Assembly (NCBI GenBank): GCA_947625885.1
Contig: CANQQA010000007.1
Location: 26,555 to 90,554 of the forward strand
Origin: an uncultured Bacteroidales bacterium
GTDB lineage: Bacteria > Bacteroidota > Bacteroidia > Bacteroidales > UBA11471
Direction of reading: 5' to 3'
DNA length: 64,000 bases
In this document: in pieces, positions 31,815 through 42,006 of the stretch
Numbering within the stretch: the stretch's first letter is position 1
Layout of the letters: each line of letters opens with the position of its first letter
The notes under the pieces: generated by a model
What the model was told of the DNA's origin: nothing
Databases searched by the model: none
Seen by the model: the letters and a program-made list of their open reading frames with translations, nothing else
Made by a program: the position numbers and the translations under genes

Positions 31815-33187
31815 AACCCATAACCGAATACAACGCCATCTATTTCGTCGGTGCCGGCGGCATCGGCATGAGTGCGCTTGTCCGTTATTTTTTAGCCAAA
31901 GGCTATTCCGTCGGAGGCTACGACAAAACCGCTTCGGCATTGACCGACGCCCTTTCCCGTGAAGGCGCGCAGCTGTTTTACGACGAAAATCCCGAATTGA
32001 TACCGACCGCCTTCCGCGACGCCGAAAAAACGCTGGTGGTTTATACGCCTGCCGTTCCGCAGACGCATCGGGGTCTTGTCTATTTCCGCACACACAGTTT
32101 CGACATAGCCAAACGGGCGGAGGTGCTCGGTCTGATAACCCGCGCCGGTCGCGGACTGTGTTTCGCCGGCACGCACGGAAAGACGACGACATCGAGCATG
32201 GCGGCGCACATACTGGCGCAATCGTCGATAGGGTGCAGCGCATTTCTCGGCGGCATACTGAAAAACTACGACAGCAACCTGATACTCTCCGACAAAAGCG
32301 ATTTGGTGGTTATCGAAGCCGATGAATACGACCGTTCGTTCCACCAGCTGCGTCCCTATATGGCTGTCATCACCGCCGTAGATGCCGACCACCTCGACAT
32401 CTACGGAACACACGAAGCCTACCTCGAAAGTTTCCGCCACTTCACCTCTCTGATTCGTCCCGACGGCGTGCTGTTGATGAAAAAGGGTCTGCCTCTGCAA
32501 CCCGACTTGGCGGAAGGTGTACGGCTGTACAGCTATTCGCTCGACGAAGGCGGCGACTTTCATGCCGACCATATCCGGACGGGCGACGGTCGCATCTGTT
32601 TCGACTTCGTAACTCCGAACGGGGTCATTCCCGATATAGAACTCGGCGTGCCGGTGCGCATCAACATCGAAAACGGCGTGGCGGCTATGGCTATCGCCCT
32701 GCTCAACGGCGCACAGCCCGATGAAATACGGCGCGCCATGAAGAGTTTTGCGGGCGCACAACGACGCTTCGACTACTGGTTGCGCGGCGAAAAAATACTC
32801 ATCGACGACTATGCCCACCACCCCGACGAGATAAAGGCGAGCCTGTCGTCGGTACGGGCGTTGTATCCCGACAAAAAAATATCGGTGATATTCCAGCCGC
32901 ACCTCTACTCCCGCACCCGCGATTTCTGCGACGAATTTGCCGCCGCCCTTTCGCTGGCTGACGAATTGATACTGCTCGACATATATCCGGCACGGGAACT
33001 TCCCATACCCGGCGTAACCTCGCAAATCATCTTCGACAAAGTAAAATGCAAAAAGAAAGAACTTTGCCCGAAAGAAAAATTGCTGGAACGAATAAAAGAG
33101 CGTACCTTTGAAGTCTTGATAACGTTAGGAGCAGGCGATGTAAATCTGCTGCTGCCGGAGATACGCGACATCATAACCCGTTCATGA
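31811..33187 (+). CDS. murC: UDP-MurNAc-L-alanine ligase
   Basis: GAGGIGMSAL, AGTHGKTTT, EADEYD, DDYAHHP, FQPHLYSRT. Confidence 0.97.
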   Translation: MKPITEYNAIYFVGAGGIGMSALVRYFLAKGYSVGGYDKTASALTDALSREGAQLFYDENPELIPTAFRDAEKTLVVYTPAVPQTHRGLVYFRTHSFDIAKRAEVLGLITRAGRGLCFAGTHGKTTTSSMAAHILAQSSIGCSAFLGGILKNYDSNLILSDKSDLVVIEADEYDRSFHQLRPYMAVITAVDADHLDIYGTHEAYLESFRHFTSLIRPDGVLLMKKGLPLQPDLAEGVRLYSYSLDEGGDFHADHIRTGDGRICFDFVTPNGVIPDIELGVPVRINIENGVAAMAIALLNGAQPDEIRRAMKSFAGAQRRFDYWLRGEKILIDDYAHHPDEIKASLSSVRALYPDKKISVIFQPHLYSRTRDFCDEFAAALSLADELILLDIYPARELPIPGVTSQIIFDKVKCKKKELCPKEKLLERIKERTFEVLITLGAGDVNLLLPEIRDIITRS

Positions 33188-33912
33188 AAAAACTGTTCAT
33201 CTACATATCGGCTGCCGTTTTCTCGCTCTACCTGATAGGTGCGGGCATTTGGAGTGCGACCCAAGCGTACCGGCGCGAGTATGCCGGTCTGCGTGTAGTG
33301 GTTACCGACAGTGCGCGGGTGCAGTACCTCACCTCGACAGAGATAAGCAAGTCCATTCAGAAACATATTCCGCTGAAATACGGAATGCCGCTGTCGCAAG
33401 CCGATGCCGATTCGATAGAATCGTTTTTACGCAGAAACCGGCTCATCGCCGAAGTCGAATGCTACAAAACGCCTTCGGGGCTTTTGCGCGTCGATGTAGA
33501 GCAGTGCGTGCCCATACTGCGGGTATTCGGAACCGACGGCACCTACTTTGTCGATGAACACGGAAAGACGATTCCGGATATGCTCCCCATAGCGGTATAC
33601 GTGCCGGTGGCAACGGGAAATATCTCGACATCGTTCGCGTGTGAAGAGCTTTACCCGTTCGCCCTTTTTCTGCAAAAAAATGACTTCTGGCGGGCACAGA
33701 TAGAACAAATCTGCGTGAACGCCAAAGGAGAAGTGGAATTGATACCCCGTGTGGGAGAACATCGAATTTTGTTGGGAAAAATATCCGATTATAAAGAAAA
33801 ACTCGATAACTTGCGCTGTTTTTACGAACAAGCATTATCGGTATGCGGTTGGAACAAATATAAAACCATCAATCTGAAATATAAAAATCAGGTGGTGGCT
33901 ACACGGCGATAA
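33184..33912 (+). CDS. ftsQ: cell division protein FtsQ
   Basis: One TM, Bacteroidetes ELIPRVG and INLKYKNQVV motifs; position before ftsA. Confidence 0.88.
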   Translation: MKKLFIYISAAVFSLYLIGAGIWSATQAYRREYAGLRVVVTDSARVQYLTSTEISKSIQKHIPLKYGMPLSQADADSIESFLRRNRLIAEVECYKTPSGLLRVDVEQCVPILRVFGTDGTYFVDEHGKTIPDMLPIAVYVPVATGNISTSFACEELYPFALFLQKNDFWRAQIEQICVNAKGEVELIPRVGEHRILLGKISDYKEKLDNLRCFYEQALSVCGWNKYKTINLKYKNQVVATRR

Positions 33913-33922
33913 AAAGAGAGCT

Positions 33923-35233
33923 ATGCAGGAAGGAAAGAATTACATTGTGGCTTTTGACTTGGGATCGTCTCATATCGTAGGGGCGGCAGGGCATCGCGAA
34001 GACGACGGAAAATTCGTCGTCGATGCCATAGAAATGGAAAAGAGTGCCGGGTGCATCAAACGCGGACGGGTAATCAACGTGTCCGACACGGCACACAAAG
34101 TGGGGCTGCTCAAACGCCGACTCGAAAACCGCATTTCTCCGAGCAAAATCTCCCAAGTGTATGTAGGGGTGGGCGGGCAGTCGATACGCTCCGTCGAATT
34201 TCCGCTGTCCCGCACCATTTCTCCGGACATTCCGATTACCGAAAACCTGCTGGCAGAAATGGAAACGGAAGCTCGCCACAACACGGTGAACAACAATTTG
34301 GCGGTATTCGATGCCATTGCGGGCGAATGCCGTGTCGATGACCGCATTTCCACCTCTCCATGCGGTGAGTACGGCTCGGAAATCCGTATCTCCTACCGCC
34401 TTATCGTCGGCAACGAACAACACAAACGCAATCTCGAAAAAGTATTCGAACAGGCAAAAATAGAGGTGGCAGGGTACATCACGACCGCAAACGCCACGGC
34501 GGCTGCCGTGCTGTCGGGCGAAGAACGACAAGGGTGCGCCCTGCTCGACTGCGGCGCCGAGACCACCACACTCGCTTTGTTCAAGGACGGGTATTTGGTC
34601 TATTTGGTAACGATACCGCTGGGCGGCAACAACATCACCCGCGACATCGGCGACCTGCACATTACCGAAGCCGAAGCCGAAACACTGAAATGCGCTTTCG
34701 CACCGGAAAAAGAAAATGAACTCTCCCTGCCGGACGAATGGGTGCGGCAAGGCTATATCATCAACATCAAGCCGGAAGACTTGAAAAACGTCATCACCTC
34801 CCGCCTCGAAGAAATCGTGGGCAATGTAAACCATCAGCTCGACGAGTCGCGGTACAAGAATTTTATGGGAAACGGTATCACGCTAATTGGCGGAACAGCA
34901 CAGCTCAAAGGACTGAAAGAGTGTCTGTTCAGAGAGACGAAACTCGACGTTTGTCGGGGAACGCTGATAGGAGCATCACTCGGCAAAGCTCAAAATATCA
35001 ACGGCATCGCCTGCGCCGCCGTCATCGGACTGCTTTTGTCGGGAAAAGAGGTTTGCGCCGCGCCCGAAAATCCGATCGCAGCGGAAGCACCAGCAGCGGA
35101 AACGCCGGAAGTGTCGGACAAAAAAGAACCGACCCCTTCCCAATCTGCCAAACCCAAAGAGGAACCGCGAAGCAAAGGACGTTTGGGCAGGTTATTCGAT
35201 ATTGCTAAGGATTTTGTCGATGGAGAGGAATAA
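33923..35233 (+). CDS. ftsA: cell division protein FtsA
   Basis: AFDLGSS, LDCGAETT, IPLGGNNITRDI, LIGGTAQL. Confidence 0.92.
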   Translation: MQEGKNYIVAFDLGSSHIVGAAGHREDDGKFVVDAIEMEKSAGCIKRGRVINVSDTAHKVGLLKRRLENRISPSKISQVYVGVGGQSIRSVEFPLSRTISPDIPITENLLAEMETEARHNTVNNNLAVFDAIAGECRVDDRISTSPCGEYGSEIRISYRLIVGNEQHKRNLEKVFEQAKIEVAGYITTANATAAAVLSGEERQGCALLDCGAETTTLALFKDGYLVYLVTIPLGGNNITRDIGDLHITEAEAETLKCAFAPEKENELSLPDEWVRQGYIINIKPEDLKNVITSRLEEIVGNVNHQLDESRYKNFMGNGITLIGGTAQLKGLKECLFRETKLDVCRGTLIGASLGKAQNINGIACAAVIGLLLSGKEVCAAPENPIAAEAPAAETPEVSDKKEPTPSQSAKPKEEPRSKGRLGRLFDIAKDFVDGEE

Positions 35234-35250
35234 TTTAGAGCATTTATACT

Positions 35251-36438
35251 ATGGAAACAGATAAACCCCAATTCGTCGTAGAAAACCACGAGGAGCTGCC
35301 CGCTATCATCAAGGTGGTAGGCGTGGGCGGCGGCGGCGGAAATGCCGTCAAAAATATGTACCGCACCGGTATCAAAGATGTTTTCTATCTCCTTTGCAAT
35401 ACCGACAAACAGGCGATGAAGAAATCGGAAATTCCCACGCTGCTGCTCGGCAAAGACGGTTACGGGGCAGGCGGGGAACCCGAAGTAGCCCGCAAATTGG
35501 CAGAGGAAAGCGTCGACGATATACGAGCGCAATTCGAGGACACCGACATGGTGTTCATCACCGCCGGCATGGGTGGCGGCACCGGTACGGGCGCTTCGCC
35601 TATCGTGGCGAGAGAAGCCAAAAGCATGGGCGTGCTGACGATAGGGGTCGTTACCATACCTTTTGCCTTTGAAGCCGAATACAAAATAAAACAGGCATTG
35701 GCGGGCGTGGAAGAACTCCGGAAAAATGTCGATGCCCTGCTGGTCATCAACAACGAAAACCTGCGAAAAGTATTTCCCGACCTGACGTGGCTGAATGCCT
35801 TTCAAAAAGCCGATGAAACATTGACGGTCGCCGCCAAGAGCATCGCCGAACTGATAACGATCGAAGGGCATATAAACCTCGACTTCCGCGATGTACGGAC
35901 GACCCTCAAAGACGGGGGTGTCGCCGTAATGAGCAGCGGATACGGAGAGGGCGAACACCGCATCACCAAAGCCATAGAAGACGCCATACGCTCGCCCCTG
36001 TTGGCAGCGGACAATCTCTATAACGCCAAACGGATACTGATGAATCTTTATCTGAGTTCCAAATCCGACAATCAGGTGATTATGGACGAGTTCAAGGAGT
36101 TGAACGAATTTATGGCGAAATTCGACGGCGTAAAGACCATTTCGGGCATTACTATCGACGACACGCTCGACGACAAAGTGAAGGTTACGATTTTGGCTGC
36201 GGGCTTCGGCACGGGCAGCATCGACATGACCGACGCCTATCCGAAAGAAAATGCGTATGCCATTCTTTCCATCGCCCAGATGGACAACAACGCGATACTC
36301 GACAAATTAGACCGCACGCCGGCTTACAAACGTCCGTCGGATTTCTTGAAACAGTTGGCGAACATGAGCGCTGCCGAAACCGAACCCGAAAAAGAAGAAA
36401 CCTATAACAACAACGGCACTATCCGATTCGCCGAATAA
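35251..36438 (+). CDS. ftsZ: cell division protein FtsZ
   Basis: VGVGGGGGNAV, AGMGGGTGTG, INLDFRDV. Confidence 0.97.
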   Translation: METDKPQFVVENHEELPAIIKVVGVGGGGGNAVKNMYRTGIKDVFYLLCNTDKQAMKKSEIPTLLLGKDGYGAGGEPEVARKLAEESVDDIRAQFEDTDMVFITAGMGGGTGTGASPIVAREAKSMGVLTIGVVTIPFAFEAEYKIKQALAGVEELRKNVDALLVINNENLRKVFPDLTWLNAFQKADETLTVAAKSIAELITIEGHINLDFRDVRTTLKDGGVAVMSSGYGEGEHRITKAIEDAIRSPLLAADNLYNAKRILMNLYLSSKSDNQVIMDEFKELNEFMAKFDGVKTISGITIDDTLDDKVKVTILAAGFGTGSIDMTDAYPKENAYAILSIAQMDNNAILDKLDRTPAYKRPSDFLKQLANMSAAETEPEKEETYNNNGTIRFAE

Positions 36439-36485
36439 TCCGACAAACGCGAAAAAAAATAGAAACAAAATAAAAAGGTAAAAAG

Positions 36486-36935
36486 ATGAATTTATTCGAT
36501 CAAATCAGCAACGACATCAAAGCCGCCATGCTGGCTCGCGACAAACAGCGTCTCGAAGCCTTGCGCGGCATCAAAAAAGAGTTTATCGAAGCAAAAACCG
36601 CCAAAGGCGCCGACGGCGAACTGTCTGACGACACCGCCATGAAAATCTTGGTGAAAATGGCGAAACAGCGTCGGGAAAGCGCACAAATCTATTCCGAGCA
36701 AAACCGTCCCGACCTTGCCGAGCCGGAGTTGGCAGAAGCCGCCGTCATCGAATCGTACCTGCCGAAACCCCTGAGCGACGCCGAACTGGAAGCCGCCATC
36801 AAGGCTATCATCGCCGAAACGGGCGCTGCCTCGATAAAAGAGATGGGTAAAGTGATGGGCATCGCCTCGAAAAAATTAGCAGGTAAAGCCGACGGAAAAG
36901 CCATTTCGGAAAAAGTAAAAGCCCTGCTGGCTTGA
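36486..36935 (+). CDS. GatB/YqeY domain protein
   Basis: DIKAAMLARD, KQRRES, YLPKPLS, MGKVMG. Confidence 0.92.
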   Translation: MNLFDQISNDIKAAMLARDKQRLEALRGIKKEFIEAKTAKGADGELSDDTAMKILVKMAKQRRESAQIYSEQNRPDLAEPELAEAAVIESYLPKPLSDAELEAAIKAIIAETGAASIKEMGKVMGIASKKLAGKADGKAISEKVKALLA

Positions 36936-36976
36936 AAAAGAAACGAAAAAGATTGTTCATTTAAGACAGATAAATT

Positions 36977-38248
36977 ATGCTGACACTTGCCGCCATTAAA
37001 GAAAACCCCGAAGAGATTATTCGGAAGTTGACAAAAAAACATTTCGACGCACGGGAAGCGATTACCAAAGTTTTAGACCTCGACAAGGTGCGCCGCTCGT
37101 CGCAAGCCGAACTCGACGCAAACCTGTCGGAACTGAAAGGTTTGGCCGCCCAAATAGGAAAACTGATGAAAGAGGGCAAACCCTCCGAAGCCGAAGCGGT
37201 GAAACAGAAAGTCGCCGACATGAAAGAGGCGAACAAAAAGCTCGAAGACGCCATGACATCCGCCGAATCGGAGATTACCGAAATACTGCTCTCCGTGCCG
37301 AACACGCCGTGCGATATGGTGCCCGAAGGTCGTACCGCCGAAGACAATCTGGTGGAACGCACGGGTGGAAAAGTACCCGACCTGCCTGCCGACGCCCTGC
37401 CGCACTGGGAGTTGGCTCGGAAATACGACATCATCGACTTCGAGCTGGGCGTGAAAATCACCGGCGCGGGATTCCCCGTCTATAAAGGCAAAGGCGCCCG
37501 CCTGCAACGCGCCCTCATCGGGTTCTTCCTCGACAACGCCCGCGAAGCCGGTTACCTCGAAGTGGAGCCGCCGTATGTGGTAAACGCCGCATCGGGTTAC
37601 GGCACGGGACAACTCCCCGACAAAGAGGGGCAGATGTATCACTGCAACGAAGACGACCTCTACCTGATACCCACCGCCGAAGTGCCGGTTACCAACCTTT
37701 ACCGCGACGTGATACTCGACGAGTCGCAGCTGCCTATCCGCAACACGGCATACTCGGCTTGCTTCCGCCGCGAGGCAGGCTCGTACGGCAAAGACGTGCG
37801 CGGACTCAACCGCCTGCACCAGTTCGACAAAGTGGAAATCGTGCAAATACAACACCCCGACCGCTCTTACCAGTCGCTCACCGAAATGGTGAACTACGTG
37901 CAGACGTTGGTCGAAAAACTCGAACTGCCGTGGCGCATCTTGCGCCTGTGCGGCGGCGACATGAGTTTCACCTCCGCCATAACGTTCGATTTCGAGGTGT
38001 TCTCCGCCGCTCAAAAACGGTGGCTCGAAGTAAGCTCCGTTTCCAATTTCGAGAGCTATCAGGCAAACCGGTTGAAATGCCGTTTCCGCGGCACCGACAA
38101 GAAAATACGTCTGGCACACACGCTCAACGGCAGCGCACTGGCATTGCCCCGCATCGTGGCAGCTCTGCTCGAAAACAACCAGACCCCCGAAGGCATACGC
38201 ATACCGAAAGCGCTTGTACCTTACACAGGCTTCGATATGATCGACTGA
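36977..38248 (+). CDS. serS: serine-tRNA ligase
   Basis: LIPTAEVP, FRREAGSYGKDVRGLNRLHQFDKVE, EVSSVSN, TLNGSALA. Confidence 0.97.
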   Translation: MLTLAAIKENPEEIIRKLTKKHFDAREAITKVLDLDKVRRSSQAELDANLSELKGLAAQIGKLMKEGKPSEAEAVKQKVADMKEANKKLEDAMTSAESEITEILLSVPNTPCDMVPEGRTAEDNLVERTGGKVPDLPADALPHWELARKYDIIDFELGVKITGAGFPVYKGKGARLQRALIGFFLDNAREAGYLEVEPPYVVNAASGYGTGQLPDKEGQMYHCNEDDLYLIPTAEVPVTNLYRDVILDESQLPIRNTAYSACFRREAGSYGKDVRGLNRLHQFDKVEIVQIQHPDRSYQSLTEMVNYVQTLVEKLELPWRILRLCGGDMSFTSAITFDFEVFSAAQKRWLEVSSVSNFESYQANRLKCRFRGTDKKIRLAHTLNGSALALPRIVAALLENNQTPEGIRIPKALVPYTGFDMID

Positions 38249-38264
38249 TAATTAACGAAATTAT

Positions 38265-38309
38265 TAAGAAACGGGTGCGACGGCAAAACAGCGTCGCACC
38301 CGTTTCTTA
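38265..38309. terminator. bidirectional terminator
   Basis: 18-bp perfect stem TAAGAAACGGGTGCGACG / CGTCGCACCCGTTTCTTA between convergent genes. Confidence 0.88.
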
Positions 38310-38325
38310 TGAAATGATGCATCTC

Positions 38326-39063
38326 CTATTCTGCCTTTATATTGTACTTTATGAGCGCATCTTCAATGTGTTTTGATATATCTATACTCATTCTTGTTTT
38401 TGTATTTAAATCAGATAAATTAGAGTAAACGACTACGAGTCCATCTACTGAAGAATTATATGTAACACCAACGCCATAATCAACTTTGGGGTCAGCTATT
38501 TCTCCATAAAAATGAGCAAAAGATTTCGTATTCATATCTCCTTCTAACGTTAAATATCGCTCTGATAAAAAATTTTCCAACGAATAAGCGGCAGATAATT
38601 GGACAATTACACAACTTGACCTCAGTTTCCCGTTTTCAAACATATACCAATAATATGGCGCATTTTCATTACTGCTTTTGTATATTAGATATTCCAAATC
38701 AGAGATATACGGAGTACCATAACGGCTCCTTATCGTTTCCATCGATGCGCCAAAGTCCAAACAGGGTTCTTCATAAAGACTATATTTGGGTATCACTTCT
38801 ACATTGAATGATAGTCCGTGATCAGATTCTCGAACAATCGTTTTTCCCACAAATTGACTTTCAATTACTCCATTTGAAATCATTGCGACAAACTCGTTGT
38901 CAGACGACCAATTAAGATTGCTTACATTCACGCCTTGTATATTCTCGTTTTGAGAATGATACAAGGTGTAGGACATTTTAGATAACGATACATCTTCCTC
39001 GTTTTTGGAACACGACGCCATTGTAACAGCAGTTGCAATAGCCCAAAAGAACATTTTTTTCAT
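38326..39063 (-). CDS. hypothetical lipoprotein (AT-rich), N-terminal Ig-like (Big_2-like) segment
   Basis: Lipobox TMAS-C followed by SKNEED; WSSDNEFVA motif. Confidence 0.78.
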   Translation of the reverse strand: MKKMFFWAIATAVTMASCSKNEEDVSLSKMSYTLYHSQNENIQGVNVSNLNWSSDNEFVAMISNGVIESQFVGKTIVRESDHGLSFNVEVIPKYSLYEEPCLDFGASMETIRSRYGTPYISDLEYLIYKSSNENAPYYWYMFENGKLRSSCVIVQLSAAYSLENFLSERYLTLEGDMNTKSFAHFYGEIADPKVDYGVGVTYNSSVDGLVVVYSNLSDLNTKTRMSIDISKHIEDALIKYNIKAE

Positions 39064-39116
39064 TGTTAATTATTTATATGTTTTGTGCAATAGTGCCTCA
39101 CACTGCAACACACGCA

Positions 39117-39275
39117 CAAAAAACGTGAGTTGGCTCATAGTATCAGAGGTACTGCCATACCCACGCAACATACAAGCACAACCCACGCTATAACATGGGC
39201 GCTTTGTGCTTATTGATCCTTGTTGCGTTTGAAAATTGGCAGTTTTCTGATACAAGTTCAATAGCAAAAACGCTA
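39117..39275 (-). ncRNA. candidate structured 5' leader RNA, copy 1
   Basis: Five nested stems with G-U pairs on the sense strand; lies between a -7 box and the lipoprotein start; homologous to 59801-60055. Confidence 0.65.
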
Positions 39276-39314
39276 TTCTATGTAAAAAGTGTACCACCCT
39301 CCGGCAGTACAGCA

Positions 39315-39322
39315 CAAATATA
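39315..39322 (-). promoter_or_regulatory. -7 promoter box upstream of leader copy 1
   Basis: TATATTTG on minus strand. Confidence 0.6.
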
Positions 39323-39437
39323 GCGATATTTTTTTACGGCAAAAAGGATTGTATTAATTTTGTAATTACGCTTTTATAAAAAAGCGCGTGTGTTTTTCAC
39401 GAAAAAATCTTATTTTTGTTTGACAGAATAACCGATT

Positions 39438-40184
39438 ATGAATCGCATCGTCATCATGGGAGCCACTTCGGGCATCGGCATGGAAGTGGCGAAACTGTGC
39501 ATCGCCGCCGGCTGGCATGTGGGCGTGGCAGGTCGCCGCACCGAGCTGCTGGAGCCGCTGCGCGCCGCAGCACCCGACCGTGTAGTTACTGCCAGCATCG
39601 ATGTTACCGCCGAAAATGCGCCGGAAAAACTGTCGCAACTCGTCGAGGCGTTGGGTGGCATGGATATTTACCTTCATGTGTCGGGTATCGGGAAACAGAA
39701 TTTAGAGCTCGACCCCGCACCCGAAATACGCACGGTCGAGACCAACGCCACCGGCTTCACCCGCATGGTAACGGCGGCATTCGGCTACTTCGCCCGACAA
39801 GGGCGCGGACACATCGCTGCCGTAACGTCGATTGCCGGCACGAAAGGATTGGGCGCGGCAGCGGCATACTCGGCTACGAAAGGGTTTCAAAACATCTACC
39901 TCGACGCGCTGGCTCAACTCGCCCGTATGAGAAAACTGAAAATCGCTTTTACCGACATTCGTCCGGGATTCGTGGCGACCGACCTGCTCGACCAAAAGCA
40001 CCGCTACCCGATGTTGATGCCCGTAGAACCGATTGCCTGTAAAATATTTTCGGCAATAAAACATCGGCGGCGGCGCATCGTCATCGACCGACGCTACGCT
40101 GTGCTTACTTTTTTCTGGCGGCTTCTCCCTGCCTGCCTGTGGGAACGCCTACCGGTAAAAAGCAAAGTCCTAAAAAAGAAATAA
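39438..40184 (+). CDS. short-chain dehydrogenase/reductase
   Basis: MGATSGIG, YSATK (YxxxK), IRPGFVAT. Confidence 0.92.
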   Translation: MNRIVIMGATSGIGMEVAKLCIAAGWHVGVAGRRTELLEPLRAAAPDRVVTASIDVTAENAPEKLSQLVEALGGMDIYLHVSGIGKQNLELDPAPEIRTVETNATGFTRMVTAAFGYFARQGRGHIAAVTSIAGTKGLGAAAAYSATKGFQNIYLDALAQLARMRKLKIAFTDIRPGFVATDLLDQKHRYPMLMPVEPIACKIFSAIKHRRRRIVIDRRYAVLTFFWRLLPACLWERLPVKSKVLKKK

Positions 40185-40201
40185 CCATTCTCTCGGAATG
40201 G

Positions 40202-40972
40202 CTATTTGTCGTAAATCGTTCGGGGTGAAAAGGGCTGCCACGTAGAGTCGATGAGGCAAAGCAGTGCGTTATCGCCCTCCCGCAAGAATCGGAAAGAATA
40301 GCGGTCGGCAGGCTCGGGGCAAAACATTTCACAAATGATGCGGTCGTCGAGAAAGGCTTCGTTGCGGTAACGTATATCGAGCTGCCTGACGGTATGCGCC
40401 ACCCGATAGGCTGCGGGAATGAGCCTCTCGGCAATGGCGGGATAGCACCGGTTGCTGACGTGGCTGTTGAAGTCGAGTTCGGCGTAACTGATACGCTGCG
40501 TGGCAACAGCCGCCGGCTCCCCGACAAACGCCGGAAAAGCCTCGTGTTTGTGTGTCCCCGCCGCATATTCTTCGTGCCGCTCTATGCAATCGGTGCGCGA
40601 GCCGAAAGGGGTAAGCCTGCGCGTATCCTTATGCAGCAGACTGAAAACATAATGCCCGCCGGCAAAAACACGGCGCCGATCGTCGTACATTCTGAACTCC
40701 ACGAAAAAACGCAGCGCCGAAATTTCGCTGACCCAGACTTCCACTTCGACCTCTTCCGACCAAAAGGGCAATTCGTCCGACAGCTCCATATTGACTTCGG
40801 AAATAACCCATATCAGGTTATCGGCGATGATGTCGTAAGCCGCCATGCGGTGCTGCGCCATATACCGGGCGGCGCAGTCCTGCGAGTAGCCCATGATGGC
40901 GTTGGGCGTAAGGCGATATTGCGTGTCGATGTCGTTTCCCGAAACCGGATATTTCAGGCGGAAAAATTTCAT
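40202..40972 (-). CDS. acyl-ACP thioesterase (FatA-like)
   Basis: ELDFNSHVSN motif, YSQDCA, IRYRNEA; double hot-dog length. Confidence 0.82.
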   Translation of the reverse strand: MKFFRLKYPVSGNDIDTQYRLTPNAIMGYSQDCAARYMAQHRMAAYDIIADNLIWVISEVNMELSDELPFWSEEVEVEVWVSEISALRFFVEFRMYDDRRRVFAGGHYVFSLLHKDTRRLTPFGSRTDCIERHEEYAAGTHKHEAFPAFVGEPAAVATQRISYAELDFNSHVSNRCYPAIAERLIPAAYRVAHTVRQLDIRYRNEAFLDDRIICEMFCPEPADRYSFRFLREGDNALLCLIDSTWQPFSPRTIYDK

Positions 40973-40984
40973 TCGATACGGAGC

Positions 40985-41986
40985 TTATATTTTGTTGCAC
41001 ACATACAAGTGCGTCGATGCACGGAACTCCTTACCCGGAGCGACGGATTGAAATCCGTAGGCTTTCGGGTCGGAGAGATTCGGGGCATTGGTAGCCCATG
41101 TCTGCGGCTCGGGGCAAGCATACGGCACGTTGCCGCCGTTGTTCCACAACGTCCAGAATTTGAATTGCGAATCCACTTCATAGCAAACCGACCACCCGGT
41201 GGCGGTGTCGGTGAGTATCGCGCCGTTGTAGGTGCGACCGCCGATATTCAACGGTTCGTTCACCAACGCCCATTCCATCGCCTCGCCGCATGGAAGTATT
41301 CCCTCTTTGCGCAAGGGAGCTTCGGCAGCGCCCAAGTCGAACAGTTTTTCGGTGGGGAGCGTGCGCTCGTTCATTTCCATGCGTTTTCCTGCCGACAGGC
41401 GCAAGCGGTAATTTTCGGGTTTTCCGTCGGGCGTGAACGGCACGCGCAGCGGCGTATGGAATCCCATGCCTACGGGCATCGCTTTGTCGCTGCGATTCTC
41501 GAACACGGTGGTCTGGGACAAGCCTTTCTCATCAAGCCGGAATATCATGCGGCAGACAAATTCGTGCGGGAAATCGGCATATATGGCGTCGTTGAATGCG
41601 TTGCAATAATAGACTGCCTCCACTTCGGCATATCCGTCGCCCTCGCAGGTGCGGCACACGCTGAACGGCTGGCTTTTGATAATGCCGTGATGATAGTTGT
41701 TCTGTGCCGGAATGGTAATGGGGTATTGGTATTTGCGTCCGTCGAACGTATATGTTCCGTCGGCAATGCGGTTGGGCGGGAAAAGCAAGGGCAGCCCGTA
41801 AATCTGCGGACGCTCTTTGAAATTCTCTATTTCGTCGGCTGCGGGTGTGCGCAGTATTTCGATGCCGGAGGCAAGATGTTTCAACCGCACTACATTGGCG
41901 CCTACCGAAGGTATCATCAGAGCCTCGTAGCCGCCGGCGGCAAATGCTACGGCAGGAATGCCGTAGAAATCGACTTTTTTTATCAT
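40985..41986 (-). CDS. aldose 1-epimerase family protein
   Basis: LFPPNRIADG, HHG, GMGFH, ACPEPQT. Confidence 0.88.
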   Translation of the reverse strand: MIKKVDFYGIPAVAFAAGGYEALMIPSVGANVVRLKHLASGIEILRTPAADEIENFKERPQIYGLPLLFPPNRIADGTYTFDGRKYQYPITIPAQNNYHHGIIKSQPFSVCRTCEGDGYAEVEAVYYCNAFNDAIYADFPHEFVCRMIFRLDEKGLSQTTVFENRSDKAMPVGMGFHTPLRVPFTPDGKPENYRLRLSAGKRMEMNERTLPTEKLFDLGAAEAPLRKEGILPCGEAMEWALVNEPLNIGGRTYNGAILTDTATGWSVCYEVDSQFKFWTLWNNGGNVPYACPEPQTWATNAPNLSDPKAYGFQSVAPGKEFRASTHLYVCNKI

Positions 41987-42006
41987 GGTATTATCGGTTT
42001 TTGATT

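Noticed and set aside
39140-39253. Leader hairpins as integron attC sites or MITEs
   Set aside because: No attC core ends, integron integrase or target duplication seen; sense-strand G-U bias and 5' position favour an RNA leader, though a DNA role is not fully excluded
39070-39315. 81-aa ORF spanning leader copy 1
   Set aside because: Its GTG start overlaps the -7 box, so it would not be in the transcript, and its frame relative to the shared motifs differs from the ORF over copy 2
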